64,000 nucleotides of DNA, taken from the NCBI RefSeq assembly GCF_009914755.1, contig NC_060927.1; one strand, given 5' to 3'. This DNA comes from the human T2T-CHM13v2.0 reference genome, Homo sapiens. The translations under genes were made by a program, and so were the position numbers. The notes under the pieces were generated by a model that was given only the letters and a program-made list of their open reading frames with translations, did not search any database and had not been told where the DNA came from. Below, piece after piece: positions 25,901-38,860 of this stretch. Positions within the stretch are counted from its first letter, which is position 1. The number at the start of each line of letters is the position of its first letter.

Positions 25901-28307
25901 TGCTCACTGTGAGAAAGAACATTTCTTTTCTATATGCCAAGCTTTCCACTGTTAATTGGAAATTGTGTCTCTCAGGGGATTAGAGCAGATATAAGATGCA
26001 ATGATCCTAAACCAATTTAGGAATGTGCTTTTGCACCTTTGATCAAATGACGGCTTTCCAATTGCATTAAAAGTAACTTTTCTCATGTTCACATCTAACA
26101 AGAAATTCAAAGAAAGGGAAAATAGTTTTCCTAGATAGACTCTTTATTCAATTCCAATTTGTTTTCTGAAAATGAAATAATTAGTTTTAAATGTAAAATG
26201 GTGCAAAATTTTATCATTTCTCCTATGGCGTAGATTTCCTTGAAGAGGAATTTTCTGACATTTTTCCCAGTTGATTCTACAGGGATTTGGTAGAAGTATG
26301 GTTAGGGAGTAGGAGGAAAGGTAAGGAAGAAATGAGAATTAATTAAGGAAAAGCCAGGAAGATATTTAAACTAAGATAATTTCAAGAGCATTAAATAAAC
26401 CTTCAGCATGACTTAAAAGACCATTATATTTCTTGCATGTGAAGTAATACCTCTCAGTGATGAAAATCGTTTAGTAAAATACCGCAAATTACTACAAGGA
26501 ACAATAGCATTTCCCGTCTCACCTTTATGGTCTGCAGAATGTTCTGTTTGATAACCTTTGCCTTTTCTATACTTGAGGTAATGACTTCTAAATAACTGCC
26601 GTATCACTCTGTCCCCCTTGCCAGCCCTTCCTACCATTTTCTTGTCCCAACCCATCCTGTGGATGGGCCAAAAGCATCAAGTGTATATTGGTTGGCAGCC
26701 CGGACTTGGAGAGTTTGCTCTTTAAGCACAAACAGCTTAAATAATCCAAAAAGCATACTTAAGAGAATGGGGCGTGTGGTGGTTGGGTGGAGAGGGGGTC
26801 AGGGATTGGAACTCTGGCAAGCATTTCATATTATAATAAAATATAATCCAGTTGTAAATTTATTGAAAATTTAGCTTTTTCTTCATTTGCATGGGTTTAA
26901 AATTTTTCTGATATGACATATTTGGAGCTAGCTAATGAGAATGAACCCCACCATTTTTCTTGAACACTGTTTTTATTGAGATGCCCACCAGTGAAGGAGG
27001 CCTGAAGCCATCACCAAATGCGTACACAACTGGTTTTCTATATCAGATCATCCCTAACACCGAAATAGATCCAGAAGTTGCCATACCTTAAATCTAACTG
27101 GAGATAGTCATGAAGAAGGGCATAGAGATAACAGAAGGAGCAGCGAAGAATGTATGAGCTGTAGTTTCAGTACATGCCAATCTCATCAAGATATAAATCA
27201 TTTAAGAGAACATTCATAATTCAACAGCAATGTAATTGGGGATTCTAAGAAAATAAAAACAATTTCCTTTATTGGAAATAACAATGACATGTAATTAGTT
27301 TTTATCAACGCACCACAAAATCCTCCTTCACTTTTGGAAATACGTTAACCATGTGCTGGTTTATCTTGTCTATTATGCAGTTTGAAAAAATGTGACAGAT
27401 CCTACTGCAAAAAATGAAGTCAATAAACATGACTTTCAAGGATGAGTATTATAATATTTCCTTAATAAACGTGGGAATTCGCATGAGTGATAATTTTAGA
27501 GTGAATGTTTCCGTGTCAGAGGAGCTCTGGCACAATTGGCCTGGGCCAGATATATTTTTCTAAATAGGAGTGGAAATGGTTGCAGCACCCTGTCACATAC
27601 ACCTGAAGAGTTTAATCCACCTTACATTAACTACAGTTTGGAGTTAATGGTGTGATAATGATTGATATTCACTGGAAATTTTGTTCTGCAATCTGTGTCC
27701 TAATTCATTCTGCCTATGTCCACTATAATCCATTAGCGAGCAGGCAGTTTTTGAGACATAATAGCATTCTCACCTACATTTAGGCACCACAGGAGACCAG
27801 ATATTTAAAAATGTATTCACTATCCTCATAGAGCTCTGATCCTATTGTGCAAAAAATACCTGAAGTAGGAAACATTTAGGGATCACAATAGTAGATAAAA
27901 AAGTACTGAATGCAGGCTGCATAGAACTTTTAAAATTCAGAGAAATGAGAAATTCATGTCTGTGGAAGCAGCTAGAGATGGCTACTGGAAGAAGGCAGTA
28001 TTGAATTACACTTTTAAAGGTGATGAGAATTTGGAGTAGAGAAAAAGTGGGATTTTGATGAGGGAAAGAGATGGTAAGGATCAGAATTGGGTTATGAAAA
28101 TACAGGTCTTGCTGGAGACTGAGCTGAGGATCTAAATTTGAGGACCAAAGTCTCTGAGTGTCCACAGATATTCCGGGGTGTTCATGTTTTATGGATTCAA
28201 TCACCCTAGGCTTCTGCTGGTGTTCCACCTTTTTGGAGTTATGGCCATTAGTGCTATATCTTCTGTGCTCTTTTCTTTTCTTTTTTTCAGAAAACTCTAA
28301 ACAATAG

Positions 28308-29342
28308 TTTTATTTATTTTAATAATATTTATTTTTAAATTACACTTTAAGTTCTAGGATACATGTGCAGAACGTGCAGGTTTGTTACATAGGTATACAT
28401 GTGCCATGGTGGTTTGCTGCACCCATCAACCCGTCATCTACATTAGGTATTCCTCCTAATGCTATCCCTCCCCTTGCCCCCCACCCCCTGAAAGGCACCG
28501 GTGTGTGATGTTCCCTTCCCTGTACGCATGTGTTCTCATTGTTCCACTCCTACTTATAAATGAGAACATGTGGTGTTTGGTTTTCTGTTCCTGTGTTAGT
28601 TTGCTGAGAACGATGGTTTCCAGCTTCATCCATGTCCTTACAAAGGACATGAACTCATTCTTTTTTATGGCTGCATAGTATACAAAGAGAATAAAATACC
28701 TAGGAATACAACTTACAAGGGATGTGAAGGATCTCTTCAAGGAAAACTACAAACCACTGCTGAAGGAAATAAGAAAGGACACAAACAGATGGAAAATCAT
28801 TCCATGCTCATGGAGAGGAAGAATCAATATTGTGAAAATGGCCGTACTGCCCAAAGTAATTGATAGATTCAATGCTATTTCCGTCAAGCTACCATTGACT
28901 TTCTTCACAGAATTAGAAAAAAACTACTTTAATTTTCATATGGAACCAAAAAAGAGCCCGTATAGCCAAGACAATCCTAAGCAAGTAGAACAAAGCTTGG
29001 AGGCATCACACTATCTGACCTCAAACTATACTACAAGGCTACAGTAAACAAAACAGCATGGTACTGGTACCAAAACAGATATATAGACCGATGGAACAGA
29101 ATAGAGGCCTCAGAAATAACACCACACATCTACAATCATCTAATCCTTGACAAACCTGACAAAAACAAGCAATGGGGAAAGGATTCCCTATTTAATAAAT
29201 GGTGCTGGGGAAACTGGCTACCATATGCAGAAAACAGAAACTGGACCCCTTCCTTACACCTTATACAAAAATGAACTCAAGATGGATTAAAGATTTAAAC
29301 ATAAACCTACAACCATACAAACCCTAGAAGAAAACCTAGGCG
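28308..29342 (-). mobile_element. 5'-truncated L1PA (L1PA7-like) with 5' inversion
   Basis: 28308-28680 is the L1 3' end on the minus strand. 28681-29342 is ORF2 sequence on the plus strand ([15 protein letters not shown]...[17 protein letters not shown]). Orientation flips at GCATAGTA|TACAAAGAG. Confidence 0.92.
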
Positions 29343-29349
29343 ATTTCCT

Positions 29350-30780
29350 GCTGTTTTCAAAAAGCAGTTCCTCCACTGTGATCTAGGTTCCGTTCCTCTC
29401 ATATTCTGAAGACGTCACTTCCATAGCTATACTCCCCTATCTGTTTTATAACCAGTGTTTCCTGCTGTATTGAATCCCTCCTGTATACATGTAAACATGT
29501 TCTTTCATCTCCAAACAATAGCAACAACAAAACCACCTCTACACCATGGGTCCTCTTCTAACCACCACCCCATTTTTGTGCTCACTTTCACCAAAAAGAA
29601 GATCGAAGGTGTTAATGTTGCCATTGTTTTTTTTTTCCCTCCTGCCTCCTTAACTGATTTTGATTGACCTTCTTTTTCTACCAGTGCTCTGAAGCTGTTC
29701 TTGGGAAGGTCATGGATGACCTCTATATTAACAAATCAATGGTCATTTGCTGTCCTCATCCTTCTCAATCTTTCTGTGAATTTGGACACAGTTTTCTCTG
29801 CCTGCCTTCTTGAAACACTTTATTCTCTTGGTTTATGTGATTCCATATAGTAGGTTATTTTTCTACTTCACTGACCTCTCTGTTTCCTTCTTTGTCTCCT
29901 CAAACTCTTTTCTTTTGGACTGTCCCACAGCAGTTTTAGTTTTCCTGCTATTTGTCTGTATTCTTCGGTGGCCTCATCTAATCTCATGACTTTAAATTTA
30001 TACAGACACACACACCACACACATGCACAGAATTATATAGACGTTTTATATTATGCAATCAATATATCTAGCCTAACTTCTCTTTTGAGTTCCAGATTCA
30101 CACGCCCCTAAAATTTAGCATGACTAAGAACCCTTGACAGAGTTTCTATTCTCTCATCCCTCTGGTCCCCTGTCTTAGTATAGAGTACCACCATCTATCT
30201 ATGTGCTGAAGTCAAAGGCCTGGGAATCATTCCTTATTACTCACTTTTTCTTACACCCAGCCCAATCCTAAGCAGCTTCTTTTAGCTCTACCTTCAAAGC
30301 ATATCTGAATTCATTCACTTCTCTTCATTTCCACAGCTACCACAGTAGTACAAGCCACCAGTAACTCTCGCCTCAACCACAGCATTCTCACTGGTTTCCC
30401 AAGTACTGTTCTTGTCTCTCCACAGTCAATTCTCTATGCAGAAGTGATTTTTTAAGTGTAAAATCATGTCACTTTCCTGCTTGAAATGCTCCAAATGAGT
30501 TGCCAATTGTACTTAGAATAAAGGCTGAGCTCCTGACCATGTCCTGCTGTCCACAGACTGCTTTCCAACTCTCCGGGGCTCTTGCCTTCCTTGACATGTT
30601 CCAGACACAGAAATCTTTTTTCTCTACCTCAAACAGTCCAAGCTCCTGGCCTCTGAACTGGCTGCTGAATATTCCAGACACATGGCTGGCTCCCTTTTAT
30701 GTAGACATCAGCTCATAAGATACCACCTTGCAGAGACCTTCCCAGATGACTGATTTTTAATTAACTCTCTTCTTGTTTCA
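29350..30780 (+). mobile_element. L2 LINE fragments
   Basis: Motifs GATGACCTC...AATCAATGGTCA, CTTCTTGAAACACTT, GGCCTCATCTAATCTCATGACTTTAAAT and CAAGCCACCA...CTCTCGCC. Confidence 0.7.
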
Positions 30781-33142
30781 ATTTCTCCGTAAACTAGGTA
30801 CTGCTTCTCATACAACTTAAACATTTTTTCTTCAGATGATAGGTTAAACAAGTAAAAGGAAGATTGAGAATGGCATGTAGAGAAATGAGAAAATAAATCT
30901 ACCACTTGCTTTGGTTTAATTAATTTGTATTAGTTTTAAGTAAAAATTAAAAGAAATTTTGAGAGTCACATTGGTGACCTCTCAGCTTGGAAGAAATATT
31001 TCAGAAAAAACAAAAAAAGATCGTACCTGGATGTCCCGTTCTTTGATTTTCATCAACAAAAATAGAGACTATGTCCTTAATCTGCTTTACTAGTTAGAAA
31101 TAAAATGTTCAGGTATCTTAGTGCCTTTTTCAAAGGGTCAGAAAGTGTTTCCACCAATCTACTGCATTCTCCACAATTATGAAGTGAGCCTGTTGTAACA
31201 TTGTGAATTCCCAAATGCTGCATATTAGGTAAAATGTAAAAAACAAATGGATGCAATATCACAAAATGTTTAACCTCATTTATTTTGATAAGGAGATTGA
31301 TAGTTCTTATGGTAATATTTCAGGGTCCATTTGGCAAGCCTATAAAGAAGGCTCAACAGCATAATATGTCTGTGGCAAGGTCTGTAGATACATTTTTGCT
31401 TGATGGTCGAGTACTCTCATGATTTGTACACTGGGACAAATTCTTTATATGCAGCAAAGTTCAGTTTATGAGTTTCTTGATGTGTATGCTTGTGTATCTG
31501 ACAGCATTACATGGAGTGTGACCTGGACTGATGCAGCTATTCATACAGAAATTGTAATTTGACAGATGCTGTCTCCCCAGCTTCTGAATCAGCAGGGAGA
31601 ACTGTTTTTGTTTTTCCACCTGTTGAAGCTTACGGTGGAGGAGAAAAAGCAGAGGAGACATCAAGCAAACAAACTGTTTATGGTACTGAGACCACTTTCT
31701 GATATGCTGAAAACACACTAGTCATAGTTGCAAAGCTGCTAAGAAAATTTCTAGCAAATGAGCGAAAGTGAAAATTTAAAGGCCTTAAAACTTGGATACA
31801 AACTTTGCTTTTTTTACAGCATGGTTTTGGGTCTTCTTTCTTTTCTTTCTAAAGGAATAAAAACAGAATGGACATTTTTCTTCCATCCAAATTAGCTAGA
31901 AACTTGAGAATATAAAGCCAGCCCTCTCAAAACCATCTTCCTCCTTCCCTTTTGGAATATGTTTTCTAATCTCACTTGGATTTTTCAATTTTACTGAATC
32001 ATGAGAAATTATAGGTGTGTCTTCACAACAAAGCTCAGAAGATTATCTCAATGTCCATCAGTGTGAGTGATCTGAAATTCAAAGTTCTATATAATTCTTT
32101 TAGCTGTTTTCTCTTTTGTTCAGCAAATATCCAAATTTAAGTATCAAGGGCAGAGGAAACACATCTCCAAAATGTTATGGAAGAGACTTTACTTAGTTTA
32201 TCATCTACTTGCCATAATGTAACATGTTTCTTCTACCACATGCACCCCAGGACTCAGCTAATAGTTTTTTGCTGTGGTAGTTTTAAAAAAAAATCAATCA
32301 TCATGATACCGTTTTGGTTAATTCGTTTTCAATTTGAGATAATAAAAGATAATCTCTGCTATTAAATCAGTTAATGTCAGGAACAATCCTTTAAGACTGA
32401 TGATTTGGTTATTGCTGGAGCCTAGACCAGGAGCCAGCTGCTGTCTGTCTTTTGAAAACAATAAAAAACAATCCCTGGCCTTAAACGTAATGAACCTAGA
32501 CAGCCTTAGCAGAGATGAATGCTGCTGCTGCAGCCTTCAGAAGAGAGGAGAGAAAATATATAGGGTAAATAAGCCTTAGTGTAACTATTTTTAGTCTTTA
32601 ATGAAACCTACTTTTATTTCACCACTTGGGAAAAGATTATGTTAACCATTTTCAGAAACATGTGGCAAAACATGGCTGTATATTAACAAAAGTATGTTCA
32701 CCCAAATATTATTAGATAATATAGAACATTCCAGTGTACCATCAATTAAATGTTATTCCTTACTCAGGATTAGCTCAAAAGGGTGAAAGATTAGCAACAA
32801 TGTAAATTTCTACCAATAAACAAATGGTTAAGCAAATTATGGAACATCCGCTCAGCAGGTTTTATAGTCATTACATTCTGTTCACAAGAATATAGATGTA
32901 AAGTATTGTCAGTATGGTATGAGCACACCACCTTTGTAACACCTGGAATTAAAATGCCCTCACAAAAAATACAAGAATCATGCATAGAAAAAACAAACTT
33001 GGAGAAAACATGTTCATTTATTCAACAAATGCATATGTAGTGCTCATGCATTGGTTTGGGTAGAGTAGGCAGTGGTAAGAACCCTAAAGTGTGTAGTGAC
33101 TTAAACATCACAGCTCAATGCAGGTGTTTCTCTCTTTCTTAG

Positions 33143-33720
33143 TTTTTTTTAGAGACAGTGTCTCGCTCTGTCACCCAGGCTGGAGTGTAGCAGCATAATC
33201 ATACAGTGTCAAACTCTTGGGCTCAAGTGATCTTCCCACTTTAGTCTACCCAGTAGCTGGACCTACAAGTGACCACCATCCGTGTTGATATAGTTGGGAT
33301 TTATGTCTCTGCTCAAATGTTGTGTTGAAATGTAATTCCCCAATGTTGGAGGTGGGGTCTGAAGGGAGGTGATTGGATCTTGGAGGGAGGGTTTTCATGA
33401 ATGATTTAGCACCATCCCGTTGGAGCTGTCCTTGCAATAGTGAGTGAGTTCTCATGAGATCCGGTCATGTAAATGTGTGTGGCACCCCACCCCATCTTGT
33501 TCCTGCTCTGGCCACGGATGAGCCTGCTCCCTCTTTGCTTCACTGCATGACTGTAAGTTTCCCGAGGCCTCCCCAGAAGCTGAGCAGATGCCAGCCTCAT
33601 GCTTCCTGTACAGCCTGCAGAACCAGGAACCAATTAAATCTCTCTCACTCTCTCTCTCTCTTTTTTTTTTTTTTTAAATAAATTACAGCAATGCAAGAAC
33701 AGACTAACATACTCAGCTAC
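33143..33720 (-). mobile_element. Alu monomer or right arm (FRAM/AluJ-like) interrupted by an MST LTR
   Basis: Alu sequence at 33143-33280, a short remainder CTCAGCTA after 33711, and degenerate TSD ATGCAGGTGTTTCT / ATGCACTTGTTTCT. Confidence 0.7.
33286..33711 (+). mobile_element. MST (MSTA/B-like) MaLR solo LTR
   Basis: TGATATAGTTGGGAT...GAAATGTAATTCCCCAATGTTGGAGGTGGGG...CCTGTACAGCCTGCAGAACC...GACTAACATA. Confidence 0.88.
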
Positions 33721-36700
33721 CGATGCACTTGTTTCTGGTTGGTGGAAGGCATTGTTCCCATTGTCCCCTGATCCTGAGCAGTCTTTAGTTCCAGTTACAG
33801 TGAAAGCCCAGGAGTTCTTCCCAGGGCCCTTCAGTGGGAGAAGGAGGCTGCTGCTCTGCAAGTGGATTCCTCACAGGCTGAGATCCCCAGATCTCATGTC
33901 AAGGAATCAGGAGCCACTCTTCAGGAGTGGGAGTCAGTGAGATGATTATTATATCTGAGCTACAAGATAAGGAGTTGTCTAGTCTCATTAGTAGGGCCTT
34001 AATCTTTCCTGAGAGACAACATGCAGAATCTCCTTCACTTGGTTAGGCAGACACCAAGAGATTGTTGGATTCTTGACTTCAAAACACAGTGGGGTTTCTC
34101 TTTCTTAACCCAATACTTGGATTGAGGCTTTTAGAGTGTTCCTGACTATTTTTTAAATTTGTTTTGTTTTGCTTTGTTTTGCCCAGAGCATCATCCCCCA
34201 GGACATTACTATTGAAGTCATGAATTCTCAAAGCAGTCTTATAATTAGGGAAGAGATTATTTTGGCAGCTACCTCCCTTCTCTTTTGGAAATACTGAGGA
34301 GGATGTTGATGATGGTGAGGCTGATGACCCACAGCTACTTTGTGGTGGTTTTCTTGCTAAATATTTTTGTATACATTAGTGTACTTGGTCTTTGGAAGAA
34401 TTCTAGAAACCAGAAGTGTTTTTCATCATCATGATTATTATCATTTTACAGATTTAAAAATCAAAATTTGGAGAGAAAAAATAATTTGTTCAAGGTCGTA
34501 TACTTAGTGAGTGGTGTCTGTGTAACTTCAAAGCCCATGTGTTATTTTGCTAGATTATTTATAATTTTAATTTACCCAGAATCCATCCCAATTTATCTTA
34601 ATATTCCAATTCCTTTGGGAGTTTATCTGGCTTACATTATTTTGGAATGAGGCTGCTCATTTCCTAGCATGGAAATAAATGGAACCAGATTTTTCTATTC
34701 CTTTCTGCTCTCTGCACACCTCAGTGGTACACATGTGATATAAGCATGGCCAACTGCATATTGAATCTTGAACAAAAGACCCAAGAATGAGGAGGGGGTC
34801 ATTTAATTGATATTATAAGTAGCAGCACTCTTATGACCCTTTATAATGTCCTAGGTTTCTGGTAGTTTTCAAGCCTGATCTTCAAAACTCCAACCAGTCC
34901 TTTAATTCCTCAGATACCTGTCTAATACATTTCCTTTTGGCTAAGTGATCTAGAGTTAGATTCTGTTGCTTATAATTTATAATAGTATATTATGTAGCAG
35001 AATGCCATTAGCTATAAGTAACAGACACTCATATTTAAACTGGCTTAGACATAAAGACAACATATTATCTCCCATAAAAGAAAGTAGGGAAAGCTTCAGA
35101 AGTTTTTTCAGTCCTGGTAGGATGACCCAATACATTATTAATCAGATACTAATTATAAAATGCTTTTTCTTGGCTTTCTTACTTTCTTATCTTAAAAACT
35201 CATGGGAATGGAAAAAATTGTTGGAGTCAATTTGATAATTAAGTCATTTGTAATGTGAAACACATATCATTTCCATAAGAAGTTGACCTACATTGCCTTC
35301 TCTAATAATAGTAAGCCCTATAAAACCTGAACACATTTGTACAGTCTTATAAGAGAAAATTACAGTAGGTTTACAGTTGGAGATGTTTAAAGGAAATTTT
35401 ATATTATTGCTTTTTCTAAAGCATTGAACTATGAATATTCAGGGCAAGAGCATATTCAAAATGTAGAAAAGAAAAATAAGTAGTTTTAAAGATTCAGTAA
35501 AATACAGACTCTAACTTTTTAATTAACCAAATATGTCTAAATGTCCCTCATTTCCCAGATTCTCCCAGCAAGGGGTGCAAGATGACTGGTGATCTTTTTC
35601 TCCCTTAAGTCACTAAATGTGGCTGATTGCATTCCCTCCTAAAGAGCCATTCAGCAGGGGAGGTGCTTTTTTATTTTCTCTTTTGGATTAAGGGCCTCAG
35701 GGAAAGAAATACTTTAAAATTGTGTAAGTGACTGCTTTTTCTTTTCTTTTTTTTTAAAGGAAAAATATAAATCAGTCTTCATTTTCCAAACTAAGAGCCA
35801 GAAGTGTAAATACAAAAAGTAAAAAATGCAATGTCCTCATTTAAAAGTTTGATTGGTTACAGAAAGAAGCTATAGAGAGAACACAGAAGGGAAAGTGACA
35901 CCAAGAGGAAAGGACAGCAGAGAAAGGTACAAGAGGGTACCTTCTTCTGATCTCTTTTTCCCCAAATAAGCATATACTAAGAATGCCAAAGAAGGCGGGC
36001 TGAAGAGTAGATGTTTACAAACTAAGAAGCACAACCATGGTGATCCAGGTTCATAGAAAACAGATATTCTTTGGAATAACTATCATCTTGAACATTTTCA
36101 GGTTGCTACTGATACTTACTTGAAAAACTGGGTTGTATTTTTGCAACCCTGCATATACATGGGGACACTTATACTGAATTTCATGACATCCTCTGAAGAT
36201 ATTTATGTGATGTCGAGATATTTATGTGATATTCCCAAAATATTACCCTTCTTCATAAGTTACTTCATCAATAAGGAGAAGCAAACAATGCCTACGGTTC
36301 ATGATTCACAAGTTGACAGGAGTTATTTATAAACATTGGAGGCTAAACTAGGTCCCAAAGTTCTGCCAAACAAATTAAATTTTCCTTTTTGAAGATCAGA
36401 ATTGCTGATTGAAACAACAAAGGGATCAGTTATAACAATTTAGGACCATGTGGCAGAGAAATAGAATGTAACCTAATATTTGGATTAAATAATCACTTAC
36501 ATTTTATTTGCAAGATAGAGCAATTTTAGCTCCTTCATAAGTAAAATCTGTTAAAGTTGTAACATGGTACCAAAAGATATTCAGTGTCCCAGGAAACTCA
36601 TGCTGCTTTAAAAAATATTTCTGCCAAAGTAACAAAAGCGAGTAATTTACCCAACAATAATTGAAAATGATAGACTTCTCCCCTGTTGGTCTCTTTCCTT

Positions 36701-37754
36701 TTTTAAATTTATTAATTATGCTAACAAAGATAAATTTTGGACATGTGGCAGAGGATGAAAGCTTTTTTTTTTTTTTTAAAAGCATAAAGTGCACTGTTTC
36801 TCAAGCAACAGAATTCCTATTTTATGCTAAATACACAGCTCTCTTAGCACCAGAAAATGTCCATCTGCTACCACTGGGTTTGCTCTGCACAAAGCAGGCT
36901 TTGCACAAAACAGCATTATATTATTAATTTAGACATGTTGTGGGTGTGAGTGCTTGTAAGCAATTCGTCTACTGTAATCCACCGAAAGGAATGACCAGGA
37001 CACTTTGGGCCGCAACGATCACACGGCAAATTGTAATGAAAGATGTTTTAATGGACACTTTTAGTTGGCACTGACATTTTATCCAAACAACTATCAGCAG
37101 TCATTTTCCCCCATATTTAGCTGTGCTTCCACTTTTATTCCACGCTGACCTCTCCCATCTACCTAACTCCAATAAAAATAAGAGAATTTAGAAATCTTAA
37201 CTTCATGATGACATCCCCCAAATTAACAGAATAATTTTAAGAATTTTACGTTATATTGTTTGAAAGGCACATGTGATTATTATTTATTATCAACTAAATG
37301 AATATGATATAAAATGATTTGTGGTGTCACTGTTTCCTCAAATGCATCAGAGTCTTATAAAGAGAGGCTTAAGGAATTAGACTTATTTAGAAAGAAGAGT
37401 GCCAAAGAGATGACTCAGTAAGCTCTCACTTACTAGGGGTCATTGGGAGAGTAAGATTAGCCCGGCAATTGAATGCTTATCTACCTGGTGTTATTGCAGA
37501 AGAAATTTGAAAATGATAATCCTTCAAATGTCTCCCTATTGACAAGGAATTTCTTCAGCTGTTCATCTTTTTGGATTTTAAAGTTTTTTTTTAATTGTTC
37601 AGAAGTTTTGTATCATAGCAGATACTCTATCTGATCATCTTACCACCAAAAATATTTTCCATTTATAAAAGTTAGGTTGCTTCAAAGTACTTTCTGATAA
37701 TTTATTTTGTTTATACCTCGATTCTGTAATTTGTGGTTATTATTACCATTCTAT

Positions 37755-38315
37755 ATTTGAGAAGACTGAGACTCAGAGTGGTTGGGAATTTATTATAGTT
37801 CAGAGCTTGATACAGGAACCCAGGTCTTGTGGCTCTTGATCTCAGCATCTTTCTCTACACAATTCCTGGTCAAATCCTCCATGAAGAAAACTTGGGTTAG
37901 ACACATGCATTAATGAGAGCAAGAAGCAATAAGAAAAGGCAGGGGAACTTAAAGGATAGCAAGAACAGAGGCAGGAAACAGAAAATAAACACTACCACCC
38001 ATATGACCCTTCAGCTGTACTTTTGCTAAAACTTGCAGTAGCTATTGTTCATTCAGGAAAAATTTTGATTTTCTTTTGTCTTTAGTTCATAGTTCTCAAA
38101 AATTATGAATTGAAATTGCACCTCTTCCATTCCCTAGTATGTGACCTTGTGCAAGTCACATAATCTCTTCAATCCTCAATTTCCTCCACAATAAATAAGG
38201 ATAATAGTAAAAACCAGGCCATAGAGTCAATTCAGTGAGATAAGGTTCATAAGGAAATCAATAGCAATAGTGCCTGGAACATGGAAACCACTCAACAAAT
38301 GCTAACTATCATTAA
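37755..38315. mobile_element. MIR fragments
   Basis: GAAGACTGAGACTCAGAG and TGTGACCTTGTGCAAGTCACATAATCTCT...CCTCAATTTCCTC. Confidence 0.65.
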
Positions 38316-38423
38316 TATGTAATAGGTTTATATGTAATATGTAATATAACTGAACATTAACTTGTTCAGTTGCCTCGTATCTGAATTCTTTTCATATATT
38401 TGAGAACTCACCAATATGCTGTT

Positions 38424-38860
38424 TGTTAGTGCTTTCCACCAAATATTTTTTTTTCTCCTAAGCACATCATAGGATTATAGTTCTCTACCCTTCCCCTTCC
38501 CCATAAACTTAGATGTGGCCATGTAGCTTGCTTTGACCATTAAGGTATAAGCAGAAAATACATGCATCAGTTCCAGTGAGAAGCTTTAAATGCCAGTACA
38601 TGTTTCCCCACTGTCTTCCTTTGCCATAATAACCTGTGACATTCCACATAGAGGCTATTCTCTCACTTTATGACCTAGAGTGAGAAGGAGAGAATGACAT
38701 GAAGCAAATCCCCCAGCTAACCAGCTAACTTGTTACAGATAGGTAGTATGACTGGAAAAACAAAACAAAATAAAAAACAAGCAAAAACATTCTGTGTTAA
38801 GCCCTAAATTTGGGGGGCTCTTTATTATTACAGCATAACTTTCCCTATCTTGACTGTTAT
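38424..38860 (+). mobile_element. MLT1I/J-like MaLR LTR
   Basis: TGTGGCCATGTAGCTTGCTTTGACCA...GAAGCTTTAA...TTATTACAGCATAAC...TGACTG. Confidence 0.65.
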
